Shown: piece after piece, positions 17,463 through 27,837 of the stretch | Layout of the letters: each line of letters opens with the position of its first letter | Position numbering within the stretch: position 1 is the first letter of the stretch | Source: an uncultured Chloroflexia bacterium | GTDB taxonomy: Bacteria > Chloroflexota > Limnocylindria > QHBO01 | DNA length: 64,000 bases | Direction of reading: 5' to 3' | NCBI GenBank assembly: GCA_963839635.1 | Contig: CAWIVT010000006.1 | Location: 22,936-86,935, forward strand | Made by a program: the position numbers and the translations under genes | The notes under the pieces: model-generated | Seen by the model: only the letters and a program-made list of their open reading frames with translations | What the model was told of the DNA's origin: nothing | Database searches by the model: none

Positions 17463-19757
17463 TCAGTCGCGGCGACGGAACAGGTTGCGCAGCCAGCGAC
17501 GGAGGGCCAGGCCGACCAGCGGCAGTCGCAGGCTGCTCCAGGCCGCCTCCAGGCGAGACGCTGCCGACGCCGTCATCTTGCGCCCGGAGTAGGACTGCCA
17601 GACCTTGCCGTCGGCCACCGTCCGAATCGGCTCGGAGTGGCGGGGCAGCTGCTCCTCGAGCCAGCCGGCGTACTCGTAGAACGTCTCCGACGGGCGAGGG
17701 CCGACGCCCGCGCGGTCCGCGGCGAGGGTCATGTGCTGCCACGCCCGATCGCCGGCCGGGAGCAGCCGCCATCGGCGCTGGAGGTGCCGGAAGCGGAGGA
17801 AGATGAAGGTTGCGGCTCCCAGCACCAGCACGGCGATCAGGAGCGCGTTGCCGCTGCGTGCCTGGTCGAGCGTGGATGGAGCGCTCGGATTTGCGGCGTC
17901 GACGCCGCCCTCGACGAGCTCGAAGGATGGCAACGGGTTGGCCGGGTTCCTTGCGATGTCCTGCGACTCGAAGTCGAGGAGCGGGTCGACGCCAGTCCGG
18001 GGCGGCAGGACCGTGGCCGGGTCCCCACGCTCACGTGTGAACTGCGGGTTGATCGACTTCGTCGCTTCGAAGATCTGCCAGCCGTAGCCGGGGAAGTAGA
18101 TCTCGGCCCACGCGTGCGCGTTCGCCTCCCGCACCAGGTAGGAGTCGTCCTCCTGCGGCGTGCCGGGAGCGAAGCCGACGGCGACGCGAGCCGGCAGGCC
18201 GATGGAGCGGGCCATGACCACCATGGAGCTCGCGTAGTGCTGGCAGTACCCGATCCGCCCGCTCTCGTCGAACAGGAAGAAGTCGACGAGGTCCTGGTCG
18301 GACGGTGGCGGCCCCGGATCCGTTGCGTACGTGAACTGCGGATCGCTGTGCAGGAAGTCCGCGAGGGCATCGGCCTTCTCGTAGGGGTTCCTGAGGCCGG
18401 CGGTGATCTCCTCGGCGAGTTGCCTGACGCGGTCGGTCACGCCGGCCGTGTCCAGGTACAGGTCACGCACGGCCTCGGGGTACTCCTCGCCGGCCACGGC
18501 AAGCTGCGCCGCGCTTGCGCGGCTGATTGCCACATCGACCTGGTACCCCTCGCCGTCACCGATCGGGTTGGCGGCCTCGAGGCCGCCAAGCACCGGGTGC
18601 CCGGCCGGCTCGAGGATGACGATCGGCGCGTAGATCCGCAGGGGCGCGCCGGCAGTGAACAGGTTTCGCCCCAGGGTCTGGTGCATCTGGATCGTGATCG
18701 TCTCGAGCTCGAATGCCTCGACTTCGCTCGGGCGCTCCGACGTCGCGCCGGTGAAGAGCGGATCGCCGGGCGCAACCTGGCGCCTCGTGCTCTCGCTGCG
18801 CTCGAAGCCGCGGCCGTTGTAGACGTCGTAGCTCCCCGTGCGCAGGTAGATCGGGCGCGATGCCGCCACGGTGAGCGCCTCGTCGTCGTTGCTGATCCAC
18901 GTCCCGGAGACCGTGAAGCTGGAGCCGAAGCTGCTCCCGGTGATCCGCGACTGGGGGTTCGTCAGGCCGCCGAAGGCGCCCTCGAACTGGTCGCGCACGG
19001 TGGTCCAGACGCCGTCGAAGCCGCGCCAGGCGCTGGTGAGTGGAGCCGCCACCGCCACGCTGGTCAGGACCCAGGCAAGCAGGACGCTGGCCCCGGCGAA
19101 GATGATCCCGGAGCGCAGGATCGCGGCGGGCACCTCCAGGTTCTCGTTCACGCGGCGGCGCTGCCAGCCGTCCTGGCGGTCGACGAGCGCTGCCCGCAGC
19201 CAGAGGAGCAGCGCGGCGATCACGAACAGCAGGAGATGGCCGAACAGGTCCGTGAACGTCGCCGAGAGGTTGATGATCATCGCGGCGCCGAGGAGGACGA
19301 TGGCGTCGAGCACCCGGTTGTGGCGGTACACCGCGTAGGCCGCCATGAACGCCGTCGACCACATGAGCACGCCGAGGCCGACGGCGTACGGCGACAGCTC
19401 GGCCGGGTATCCGGTGCGAAGCACCACGGTGGTCCAGCTCACCAGGTCGTCGCGCAGCGCATCGACGCGCCCAATCTGATCCAGCGCGGTGTGGTACTCG
19501 CCGCCGATGGCCCAGATCACCACCGCCGCCCCGATCAGCGCGCCGATCGGCAGCGTCACGACGATCGTCGTCCGGAGCATGCCGAGCAGGGCGCCCGCGA
19601 GCATGGCCCAGAGCGCGACAGGCGGCAGGAACTCGCTGCGGTCGAGCCACTCGGCCCCCTGCACCGCCCATGACAGGGCGAGGGCCATGATGATCAGCAG
19701 GCCGAGGCTCAGCCAGCCGGCCTTCGGGTAGAGGAGGCGATCACGGAGATCAGCCAC
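17463..19757 (-). CDS. transglutaminase-domain polytopic membrane protein (TgpA-like)
   Basis: ORF 17463..19907(-). It has multiple N-terminal TM helices. Cys-His core: GYCQHYASSMVVMARSIGLPARVAVGF...NAHAWAEIYFPGYGWQIFEAT. The likely GTG start at 19757 overlaps the DUF58 stop. Confidence 0.85.
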   Translation of the reverse strand: MADLRDRLLYPKAGWLSLGLLIIMALALSWAVQGAEWLDRSEFLPPVALWAMLAGALLGMLRTTIVVTLPIGALIGAAVVIWAIGGEYHTALDQIGRVDALRDDLVSWTTVVLRTGYPAELSPYAVGLGVLMWSTAFMAAYAVYRHNRVLDAIVLLGAAMIINLSATFTDLFGHLLLFVIAALLLWLRAALVDRQDGWQRRRVNENLEVPAAILRSGIIFAGASVLLAWVLTSVAVAAPLTSAWRGFDGVWTTVRDQFEGAFGGLTNPQSRITGSSFGSSFTVSGTWISNDDEALTVAASRPIYLRTGSYDVYNGRGFERSESTRRQVAPGDPLFTGATSERPSEVEAFELETITIQMHQTLGRNLFTAGAPLRIYAPIVILEPAGHPVLGGLEAANPIGDGEGYQVDVAISRASAAQLAVAGEEYPEAVRDLYLDTAGVTDRVRQLAEEITAGLRNPYEKADALADFLHSDPQFTYATDPGPPPSDQDLVDFFLFDESGRIGYCQHYASSMVVMARSIGLPARVAVGFAPGTPQEDDSYLVREANAHAWAEIYFPGYGWQIFEATKSINPQFTRERGDPATVLPPRTGVDPLLDFESQDIARNPANPLPSFELVEGGVDAANPSAPSTLDQARSGNALLIAVLVLGAATFIFLRFRHLQRRWRLLPAGDRAWQHMTLAADRAGVGPRPSETFYEYAGWLEEQLPRHSEPIRTVADGKVWQSYSGRKMTASAASRLEAAWSSLRLPLVGLALRRWLRNLFRRRD

Positions 19758-20982
19758 GGGTCCGCTGCCTTCCGCCGATCGCCTCGGCGAGGTCGTCGCC
19801 GCGGCGCACCATGCGGTGCTCGATGTCGTACTCGGCCAGCGCGTGCCGGACCGCGGCGAGCTCCGCTCGGGCGTGGTCGTCAGGCTCGACGCCGATGAAC
19901 GAGGCACGGTTGAGGAGGATCACGATGGCGGCCACGCCTCGCCGCCGGAGCGCCGACAGGCCGCGCACCCACGTCCGGTCCGTGGAGCCGGTGACGATGC
20001 ACAGGGTCATGCCGCGGCGCAGCTGGGGCAGCGTCGCGCTCAGGACCTCGGCCAGCGGGTTCGAGCCATCGGCCTGGACGTTCGCCAGCAGGTGAAGCAG
20101 CTTCTGCTCGACGCGCGGGCCGCGGTCCGGCTGGTGGATCTGGAGCCGGCGCGCGGAGGCGGTCATCGCAACCGAGCGGTTGTCCGAGAGCGTGCGCATG
20201 GCGATCGACGCGGCGACCTTCACGGCAGTCTCGACGGACGCATCGATCCCGACGCCGGCATGCACGGAGCGATCGAGGTCGAGCAGGATCCACAGGTCGG
20301 CCGCCTGCTCCAGGTCGAACTCCTTCACGTGGAGCTCGCCGTGGCGCGCGCTCGACAGCCAGTGGATGCGGTTGATCGCATCGCCGTGCACGTACGGGCG
20401 AACGCCGCTCACCAGCGGCGTGGCGGCCTCGTAGCGGCGCCGCATCGGTGTCGTGCCGTCGATCGGCGACGGCGGGAGGCGCCAGTGCGGCAGCGGGACG
20501 ACCTCGGGGAAGACCACCACGTTCGTCGGCGATCCGACCATCATCTCGCTGCTGAAGAGCCCGAACGGATCACCGGTGCGGACGCGGAGCGCCCCGAGCC
20601 GGTAGCTCCCGCGCCGCGTCAGCGTCACCTTGGCCAGCCACTGCCGGGTGCTGCGCGCGGGGATCCCGATCACTCGCCCCGGGAGGCTGGCCGCGAGGGT
20701 CGACTCGTTCCAGCACTCGATCCACGGCCTCCCCCACCGGTCGTGGTTCTCGACGCGATAGATGGCCTGCAGCACCTCGCCGACGTGCGTCCGCGGATTC
20801 AGCACGCGGTAGTCGGCACGAACGCTCGTCAGCCCGCGGCGCGCGTAGAGCCACGAGCCGATGCCGATTGCCGCCATCAGGTAGGTCAGGAAGAAGAGGA
20901 AGTCGATGCCCGTGCTGAAGGCGGCGACGACGAGCGCCGTTGCCAGGAAGAGGAGGCGGAGGTGACGGCTGAAGAGCCCCAT
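19750..20982 (-). CDS. DUF58 protein (vWA-like, MoxR-associated)
   Basis: Pieces: two N-terminal TM helices, PYVHGDAINRIHWLSSARHGELHVKEFDLEQAADLWILLDLDRS. Confidence 0.8.
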   Translation of the reverse strand: MGLFSRHLRLLFLATALVVAAFSTGIDFLFFLTYLMAAIGIGSWLYARRGLTSVRADYRVLNPRTHVGEVLQAIYRVENHDRWGRPWIECWNESTLAASLPGRVIGIPARSTRQWLAKVTLTRRGSYRLGALRVRTGDPFGLFSSEMMVGSPTNVVVFPEVVPLPHWRLPPSPIDGTTPMRRRYEAATPLVSGVRPYVHGDAINRIHWLSSARHGELHVKEFDLEQAADLWILLDLDRSVHAGVGIDASVETAVKVAASIAMRTLSDNRSVAMTASARRLQIHQPDRGPRVEQKLLHLLANVQADGSNPLAEVLSATLPQLRRGMTLCIVTGSTDRTWVRGLSALRRRGVAAIVILLNRASFIGVEPDDHARAELAAVRHALAEYDIEHRMVRRGDDLAEAIGGRQRTRG

Positions 20983-20991
20983 CGGGCGGGC

Positions 20992-21996
20992 CTAGGTGAT
21001 CCGGGCCCGGTTGGTCTCCGCCGCGGCGGCGGCATCGGCCACCGGCACCGAGGCGAGGATCTCCCGCACGATCTGCTCCGGGTCGACCTCGCGCAGCGAC
21101 GCCTGGCTCTTGACGATGAGCCGGTGCGCCAGCACCGCGACGGCAAGCTGCTTCACGTCGTCGGGGATGACGTAGTCGCGCCCGGCGAGCGCCGCGTAGG
21201 CCTGCGCCGAGCGGTACAGGTTCAGCGATCCGCGCGGCGAGGCGCCCAGGTACACGTCGGGATGCTCGCGCGTGGCATGCACGAGGCGAACGATGTACTC
21301 GGCAACGGCCTGGTCGACGTAGACCTCCTTGATGGCCGCCTGCATCTCGCGCAGCTCGTCGAGGCCCAGGACCTGGGCGACCTCGGCCAGCGGATGCCGG
21401 CGCTTCTGCTCGTCGAGGATCACGAGCTCCTCCATCGCCTTCGGGTAGCCGAGGCGGAGGCGGAGCATGAAACGATCGAGCTGCGCCTCGGGGAGGGCGA
21501 AGGTGCCTTCGTACTCGATCGGGTTCTGCGTGGCGATGACCATGAAGGGCGTCGGCATCGGATACGTGACGCCGTCGATCGTTGCCTGCCGCTCCTCCAT
21601 GCACTCGAGCAGCGCGCTCTGCGTCTTCGGAGTCGCGCGGTTGATCTCATCGGCGAGGACGACCTGGGCCATGATCGGTCCGGGCCGGAACTCGAACTCG
21701 GTGGTCTTCTGGTTGAAGATCGAGAGGCCGGTCACGTCCGACGGGAGGAGGTCGGGCGTGAACTGGATGCGCCGGAACGAGCAGCCGATGCTCTGCGAGA
21801 GCGCTTTTGCCAGCATCGTCTTGCCGACGCCCGGTACGTCCTCGATCAGGATGTGGCCCTGGCAGAGCAGCGCCACGAGCGCCATCCGGACCTCGACGTG
21901 TTTGCCGACGATCACGCGCTCGACGCTGGCCACGGCGCGCTCGGCCGGCTGCTGGACGTTCTTCACGGTGGAGTGCTCTCCCCTGTCTGGGCACAT
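20992..21996 (-). CDS. MoxR-type AAA+ ATPase
   Basis: Pieces: [50 protein letters not shown] and [24 protein letters not shown]. The start is ambiguous between 21966 (GTG) and 21996 (ATG). Confidence 0.9.
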   Translation of the reverse strand: MCPDRGEHSTVKNVQQPAERAVASVERVIVGKHVEVRMALVALLCQGHILIEDVPGVGKTMLAKALSQSIGCSFRRIQFTPDLLPSDVTGLSIFNQKTTEFEFRPGPIMAQVVLADEINRATPKTQSALLECMEERQATIDGVTYPMPTPFMVIATQNPIEYEGTFALPEAQLDRFMLRLRLGYPKAMEELVILDEQKRRHPLAEVAQVLGLDELREMQAAIKEVYVDQAVAEYIVRLVHATREHPDVYLGASPRGSLNLYRSAQAYAALAGRDYVIPDDVKQLAVAVLAHRLIVKSQASLREVDPEQIVREILASVPVADAAAAAETNRARIT

Positions 21997-22173
21997 GGGC
22001 GCCGCGGCACGGGGCCCGTTGTTGCAAGACAATACTCCGGACCGTTACGGAACGGTTCAGACGCGCTCAGCCACCGGGGCGGGGTCTGTAACGCGATCCG
22101 TCACGAAACAGATCGTTAGTGATAGATCCTGCCTGATGCTGGACACGGCCCGAGATCTCCGCCCCCGTGACGC

Positions 22174-23716
22174 CTACTGGGCCGAAAGGCGAAGCCATTC
22201 GGCCATGACCTGGCCGCCGATCGGCGCTGCGCGGTCGGCGCCCGAGCCGCCCGACTCGACCAGCACAGCGACGGCGATCTGCGGGGTCGCATCCGCCTCC
22301 GCCGGCGCGAACCCGATGAACCACGAGTGCGGCGCCTGCTCCCCTCCCAGCTGGGCCGTGCCGGTCTTGCCGGCCGAGCGCGCGTTGCTGATCCCGTACA
22401 GCGTGACGTCACCCTGCCCCGCGAAGAAGCGGCCGAGCTCGCCGTTCACGGCGTCGAGCATCGCCTGGCGGGTGGCGCCCGCCGCGGAGGATCCGACGAC
22501 CCTGGTGCCACCACCCGATCCGAACGTGTCGAGGATCGTCTCGCTGGGCACGCCATCCTCGGAATGTTCGCGCACGTCGCGCACGACGTACGGCTGTGGC
22601 ATCACGCCGTCGCCCGCGATCGTCGCCGCCACCAGCGCCATCTGGAACGGCGTGACGCTGGTCGATCCCTGTCCGAAGGCGGCGCTGGCAAGCTCGACCT
22701 GGCTGCCGAAGGGCGCGCAGTCCCCGTCGACGGCGGCCGTGACCGTGCTCGACGCCACGGACAGCGCGCGGTCCGGCTCGCCGATGCGCCCGGGCTGGCA
22801 GAAGCCGAAGCGCCGCGCGTAGTCGAGGGTTGTCTCCGGACCGAGCTCGAGCCCGACGTGCGCGAAGAAGACGTTGCTCGAGACCTGCATCGCCTCGGAG
22901 AGCGGCCAGGTGCCGGGCTGGATGCCACCGAGGTCGTGCTCGCGGATCGTGAAGCCGTCGACCACGAAGCCGTCGGTCTCCTCCCGCTGCTGATCCGGGA
23001 AGGTCGTCTCGGGAGTGATGATGCCGGCGTCGAGCGCGGCGGCGGCGGTGACGACCTTCATGATCGAGCCCGGGACGTAGTGCCCCTGCGCGATCGCGGG
23101 CCAGCAGCGGCTCGGCCGGGTCGTTTCGCAGCGCGTCCATCGGTTCCTGCGCGCCGTCGGGGTCGCCCGAGATGGGGGTCGCGTCGAAGGTCGGGCGTCG
23201 AGACCAGCGCCAGGACCGCGCCGGTGCGCGGATCGATGCGCGACGACCGCGCCACGGTCGCGAGCCGAGCTGCTGCTGCGGCGAAGTCCTGGAGGCGACG
23301 GTCGATCGTCAGCGTCAGGTCGCGCGGCTGCGGCTGGCGGTCGAGGATGTCGCCGACGAAATCGCGGATCGGGTTCGGATCGGTCTGGCCGACCAGGATG
23401 TCCTCGTAGGCGCGCTCCAGCCCGGTGCTGCCGAACCGCAGGCTCGAATAGCCGATGACGTGGGTGAAGGCCGGGTCGAAGTACGTCCGCCTGCTCAGTC
23501 CGTCGATCACCTCCGACGAGCGAGCACCTGCCCACCGGCGTCGAAGATCGTGCCGCGCGGCAGGCTGCGGCGTGCCGCGAGGACCTCCGGGTTGTCGGGG
23601 CGGAGCGCGAGATTCGGTGCCTCGACGACCTGCCACCAGGTGATGCTGCCCGACACGATGGCAAACGCCACCATCAGGTAGAGGCCGAGCCGCCGGACGT
23701 TGGTCGCGATCATCAT
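22174..23716 (-). pseudogene. pbpA: class B penicillin-binding protein (PbpA-type transpeptidase); at least 3 frame changes
   Basis: N-terminus MMIATNVRRLGLYLMVAFAIVSG (tail of ORF 23507..24466), mid part in ORF 23058..23741, catalytic part in ORF 22174..23664. Motifs: SxxK (PGSIMKVV), SxN (VSSNVFF) and KTG (AGKTGTAQ). The ATG overlaps the rodA stop. Confidence 0.85.
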
Positions 23717-25062
23717 CGGGCGCTGCCGTCCGCGTCCGCATCTGCGCCGATCGCGCTGCGGTGGCTCACCGCCAGGAGGAGCCCGATCATGATGAAGCTG
23801 GCCAGGACGCTCGAGCCGCCGTAGCTCACGAACGGCAGCGTGATGCCGGTGAGCGGGATCAGCTTCGTGTTGCCGCCGATGATGATGAGGGTCTGAAGCC
23901 CGAGGCTGGCGGTCAGCCCCACCGCCAGCAGGCCGCCGAAGTCGTCGCGCGCCAGGGCGGCGATGCGCAGGCCGCGGAACACGAGCACCGCCGCGATGCC
24001 GAGCAGCGCGAGTGCGCCGAGCAGGCCGAGCTCCTCCGCCACCGCGGTGAAGATGAAGTCGGTGTGGACGAACGGGATCGTCAACCCTCCGCCCAGCGTC
24101 ACGATGCCCTGCCCGAGCCCCTCGCCGAAGATGCCGCCGCGTCCGAGGGCGTAGAGCGCGCGCACCGGCTGGAACCCGGCGCCGAGCGGATCTGCGAACG
24201 GGATCGATCCAGACGTTCACCCTGGCCTGGACGTGGCCGAACAGCTGGTAGGCAACGAACGCCCCCGCAACGAAGAGCACCAGCCCGATGAGCACGTAGC
24301 TTCGCCGGCCGGTCGCCACGAAGAGCATCGTCAGGAAGATGCCAAAGAAGAGGAGCGCGGTGCCGAGGTCGTTGAGGCGGACGACGATGAGCATCACGGC
24401 GGCGAACAGCACGAGCATCGGCAGGAAGTACGGCAGCGGCGGGAAGCTGATGAAGCCGATGCGCATCGTGGCGCTCGTGAGCAGCGTCCTGCGTCTCGGC
24501 CAGGTAGCTGGCGATGAAGATGACGAGCACGATCTTCAGGAATTCGCCCGGCTGGACGCTGACCGGGCCGAGGTCGATCCAGAGTCGCGCGCCGTTGACC
24601 TCGTAGCCCAGCAGCAGGGTGGCTCCCAGGAGCAGGATCGCGATCGCCGCCCACGAGTACTTGTAGTGGCGCAGGATCCCGTCGTCGCGCAGGCCGACCG
24701 CGATGGCCAACATGGCCACCATCCCGACCCCGAACCAGAGCAGCTGCGTGGCCGCCATGCCGAGCTCGACGCCCAGGGCACTCGTCCCGGCCAGGTCCTG
24801 CGGCAGCCGGTTGAGCATCACCATGCCGATGGCCCCCATGGCGCCGACCGCCGGAAGGATCAGCTGGTCTCCGCGATGGCCGGATGCCACGAGGAGGAGG
24901 TGCGCGCCGAGGAGGAGCGCGGCGTACCCGAGGGCCAGGGTGAGGTCCCCGGCATCGAACGAGCCGGACAGCGCGATGTTCGTCACGGCGAACCCGAACG
25001 GGGCAAGGAGCGAGGATCGGCAGGAGCAGGCGAAGCTCAACCCCGCGCCAGGTGATGCGCAT
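23713..25062 (-). pseudogene. rodA: SEDS-family peptidoglycan polymerase RodA/FtsW; at least 3 frame changes
   Basis: Pieces: MRITWRGVELRLLLPIL (ORF 24394..25062), PGEFLKIVLVIFIASYL (ORF 24099..25040), FLPMLVLFAAVMLIV...GTALLFFGIFLTMLFVATG (ORF 23507..24466) and FVHTDFIFTAVAEELGLLG...TGITLPFVSYGGSS (ORF 23713..24165). Confidence 0.85.
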
Positions 25063-25072
25063 CAGCCTTCGG

Positions 25073-25517
25073 TCAGCGATCCAGGCGCATGCGGACCCGC
25101 CCCAGGGTCAGCTCGTCGCCGAAGCTCAGCGCAACCGGGCGGTCGATGCGGTGCCCGTTCACGTACGTCCCGTTCGTGCTGCCCTGGTCCTCGACGAACC
25201 AGCTGCGGCCACGGAACGTGAGCATGGCGTGGCTCGCGCTCACGAAGTCGTCCTCGACGAAGATCGTGTTGTTCACGTTGCGGCCGATGGAGTTGATCGG
25301 CCCGAGCGCGATGGTCGAGCCGGACGGCGGCTCGTCGGCCGGCGACTCGAGCACCGAGAGGCGGCCGATCCCCGACCGGGACGAGATCTGCGCCTCCTCC
25401 GCGCTGCGCAGGTCGCGCAGCAGCGATCGGGCGAAGCGCATGAGGACGAGGTAGAGCAGGGCGACGAAGCCGAGCTGGAGGACGCAGCAGCAGAACGCGC
25501 AGGATCTCCCCCGTCAT
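25073..25517 (-). pseudogene. fhaB: FhaB/FipA-like protein (N-terminal TM helix plus FHA domain); one frame change near 25480
   Basis: ORF 25073..25441(-) has the FHA core IGRNVNNTIFVEDDFVSASHAMLTFRGRSWFVEDQGSTNGTYVNG. The N-terminus MTGEILRVLLL is in the frame of ORF 25062..25517. The start overlaps the fhaA stop in an ATGA. Confidence 0.75.
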
Positions 25518-26269
25518 TCGCGAACCTGGAACTCGATCTCGGTGTCACCGACGCGGATCACGTCGCCGGGCCCGAGCGCGATCTGCGTCACCGGCTGGCC
25601 GTTCACCGTCGAACCATTGCGGCTGCCGAGATCGGCGAACCCGTATGCGCCGTGCTGCAGGCGCAGCTGACAGTGATGGCGGCTCACCATCGGGTCGTCG
25701 ACGATCACGTCGTTGTCGCTCGCCCGCCCGATGCCGATGAGCGGCCCGCCGAGATCGAACTGAACCGGACGGCTGCCGCGCGTGCTCACCAGCAGGTACG
25801 CCCGCCGCGCCGAGGCAGGGGCACCCTCGGCCATGACCCGGTCGTGAACCATGGTGTCGGAGCTCGCCGGCATGGGCATGGCATCCCGCAGCCGCTCGCC
25901 GCGCTCATCGACCACGTTGGCGGCGACGCGGATCTCGCCGCGCCGCGTCCCCTCGTCGGCCGTGATCTCGACTCGCGGCCGGGCCACGAGGGTGTAGCGC
26001 TCGTGACGGGCGCGCGCGAGCACGCCGTGGGCGAGGTCGTCCTCGAGCGAGCTGTGGTACGAGGCAAACGCGGCGTAGTCGGATGGATGGAGATGCAGGG
26101 CGTAGTGGTTCGGCACGATGACGCCCGCATCCCGGTACGTCTTGTTCGTGTCCATTGCCCGCTCGATCCGCTTCGCCAGGCTGACCGGCTGGATCGAGGC
26201 GCCGAGCCTGCCCGCCGGCGCCTCCAGGAAGCGCTCGAGGAACGACTCGACGCGCGAGAGGATGCCCAT
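25514..26269 (-). CDS. fhaA: FhaA-like protein (DUF3662 N-terminal domain plus C-terminal FHA domain)
   Basis: ORF 25514..26320(-): MGILSRVESFLERFLEAPAGRL...QPVSLAKRIERAM. FHA core: IGRASDNDVIVDDPMVSRHHCQLRLQHGAYGFADLGSRNGSTVNG. Confidence 0.85.
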   Translation of the reverse strand: MGILSRVESFLERFLEAPAGRLGASIQPVSLAKRIERAMDTNKTYRDAGVIVPNHYALHLHPSDYAAFASYHSSLEDDLAHGVLARARHERYTLVARPRVEITADEGTRRGEIRVAANVVDERGERLRDAMPMPASSDTMVHDRVMAEGAPASARRAYLLVSTRGSRPVQFDLGGPLIGIGRASDNDVIVDDPMVSRHHCQLRLQHGAYGFADLGSRNGSTVNGQPVTQIALGPGDVIRVGDTEIEFQVRE

Positions 26270-26277
26270 CGCGGCCG

Positions 26278-26286
26278 ATCCTAGCA
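26278..26286 (-). promoter_or_regulatory. extended -10 element TGcTAGGAT, 8 nt before the fhaA ATG (leaderless-type arrangement)
   Basis: Minus-sense gcgTGCTAGGATcggccgcgATG with no Shine-Dalgarno sequence in between. Confidence 0.4.
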
Positions 26287-26404
26287 CGCAGGGTACGAAT
26301 TGCCGCTCCGCGGGTACCAATGCGCCGATAGGGCCGGGATGGACCTCGAGCGCTATACTTCGTGACCCTGAACGCTACCGTCGCCAGGAGGCGACACAGC
26401 TGCA

Positions 26405-27837
26405 TTGACTGAGAGCCTTACCGAATCATTTTGCGAACGGTGCGGGACGCGCTACGAATTCAGCGCGCCCACCCGCCTGAATCCGCTGCGCAAGACCAAG
26501 GGCTTCGTCGGCGGCCTGCAGCAACTACCTGACCAGCCAGGATGCCCTGTCGGATGCCATCGGCGACGCCATGCGCAGCCAGGAGGACGGCCTCGCCTCG
26601 GCGCAGCTCGAGGCATTCCACGAGTCGTTCAACTTCTGCATCGACTGCCGCCAGTACACCTGCGTGAACTGCTGGAACGACAATGCCGGTCGCTGTCGAA
26701 GCTGCGTGCCGATCCCCGGCACCGACGACCTCACCGAGCGGCTGGCCGCCGCCATGACCGCCCCCGCGGCCGCCGGCGGGCAGCCGATCGGAGAGGCGCC
26801 TGACGCGCGCGGCCTGGAGCTGGAACCGTGGCCGACGTCCGACCTCCCGACCTCGCCCGCTGTCAGTGGCAACGGACAGGGCGTCGAAGGCTGGCCGGTA
26901 GCCGAGTTCGCGGACGGCGACGCTGCCGCGCAGACACCCGTCGCGCCCGAATTCGAACCCGAGCCGGCGTTCGCTGAACTGGAGCCTGAGCCGGTCATTG
27001 CCGAGCCTGAGCGCACCTTCGCCGAACCGGAGCCCGAGCCACTCGTCGCCGACGTCGAGCCCGAGCCGATCCTGGCCGAGCTCGAGCCCGAGCCGGAGCC
27101 GGTGTCTGCCACGCTCGAGCCCGAGCCGGCCATCGCCAAGTTCGAGGAGCCCGTCGCCGCCGAGGCTGAGCCGGAGCCGATTGCCGCAGAGATCGAGCTC
27201 GAGCCGGTACGCCTCCCCCTGCGGGTCGTCGCCTGGGACGAGGATGCCGCGTTCGAGCTCGTCGAGGCGGAGCCGGTGGTGGCCGAAATGGAGCCCGAGG
27301 CGGAGCCGGTGGTGGCCGAGATCGAGCCCGAGGCGGAGCCGGTGGTGGCCGAGGTCGAGCCCGAGGCCGGAGCCGGTGGTGGCCGAGGTCGAGCCCGAGG
27401 CGGAGCCGGTGGTGGCCGAGGTCGAGCCCGAGCCGGAGCTCCCGAGGTTCCGCATTCCGCCGATCCGCGACACGATCCTCCGCGTTCCCGACTCCCCCAT
27501 CGGCCGAGGAGCAGCGGCAGGCGGCCGCCGCGGAAGGCCCCGACGTCGCGGCGCGACGCGCTCAGCTCGACGATCTGGGCCTCGGGCCGACCCACGGGGC
27601 ATTGGCCGACGAGCCGCCGGCCGTTCTTCCATATCGGTCCCGCGGGGCGGCTGCCACGCAGGCGGACCTCGTCAGGGCAGCAGCGCTGCGAGGATCGTTC
27701 TGGGAGGCGTCGGCCCGAGAGGTCGCCGGTGCGGGTGCGCAGGTCGGCGTGCAGAACTGCGGACAGTGCGGGCTATCGCTCTCGGCGAACGCGCGCTTCT
27801 GCCGCCGATGCGGCACCCTCAGGCCCAGTCGGCCTAG
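26405..27837 (+). pseudogene. zinc-ribbon protein with a long acidic Glu/Pro-rich repeat region and a C-terminal zinc ribbon; at least 3 frame changes
   Basis: TTG start after AGGAGG. N-terminus: SFCERCGTRYEF...FNFCIDCRQYTCVNCWNDNAGRCRSC. Centre: EPEPAFAELEPEPVIAEPE...EPEAEPVVAEV repeats. C-terminus: VQNCGQCGLSLSANARFCRRCG. Frame changes lie near 26520, 27367 and 27500. Confidence 0.65.
27261..27440 (+). repeat. 33-bp tandem coding repeat (gagcccgaggcggagccggtggtggccgagRtc; about 4 full units plus degenerate flanks)
   Basis: Units at 27291-27323, 27324-27356, 27357-27390 and 27391-27423. The third unit is 34 nt, with an extra C at 27367/27368. Confidence 0.9.

Noticed and set aside
19816-22119. 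Very long ORFs antisense to recognised genes. Examples: 19816..22119(+), 38429..40360(+), 40549..42489(+), 59441..61651(-), 9287..10894(+), 63104..63817(-).
   Set aside because: Their translations are Arg/Ala/Gly/Pro-rich low-complexity strings with no motifs. They lie opposite genes with clear family signatures (MoxR/DUF58, tig/clpP, cphA and others). Such shadow ORFs are expected in very GC-rich DNA because stop codons are rare.
22033-22173. The inverted repeat ACCGTT-N4-AACGGT and AT-richer stretch upstream of the MoxR gene, considered as a regulatory element or small RNA.
   Set aside because: It has only a 6-bp arm, there is no second copy in the window, and no convincing promoter spacing could be assigned. 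The evidence is too weak to call.
27261-27440. Short direct repeats that might be a CRISPR array.
   Set aside because: The units are contiguous with no spacers. Their 33-nt period is a multiple of three and they encode an in-frame EPEAEPVVAEV peptide repeat. No cas genes are present.
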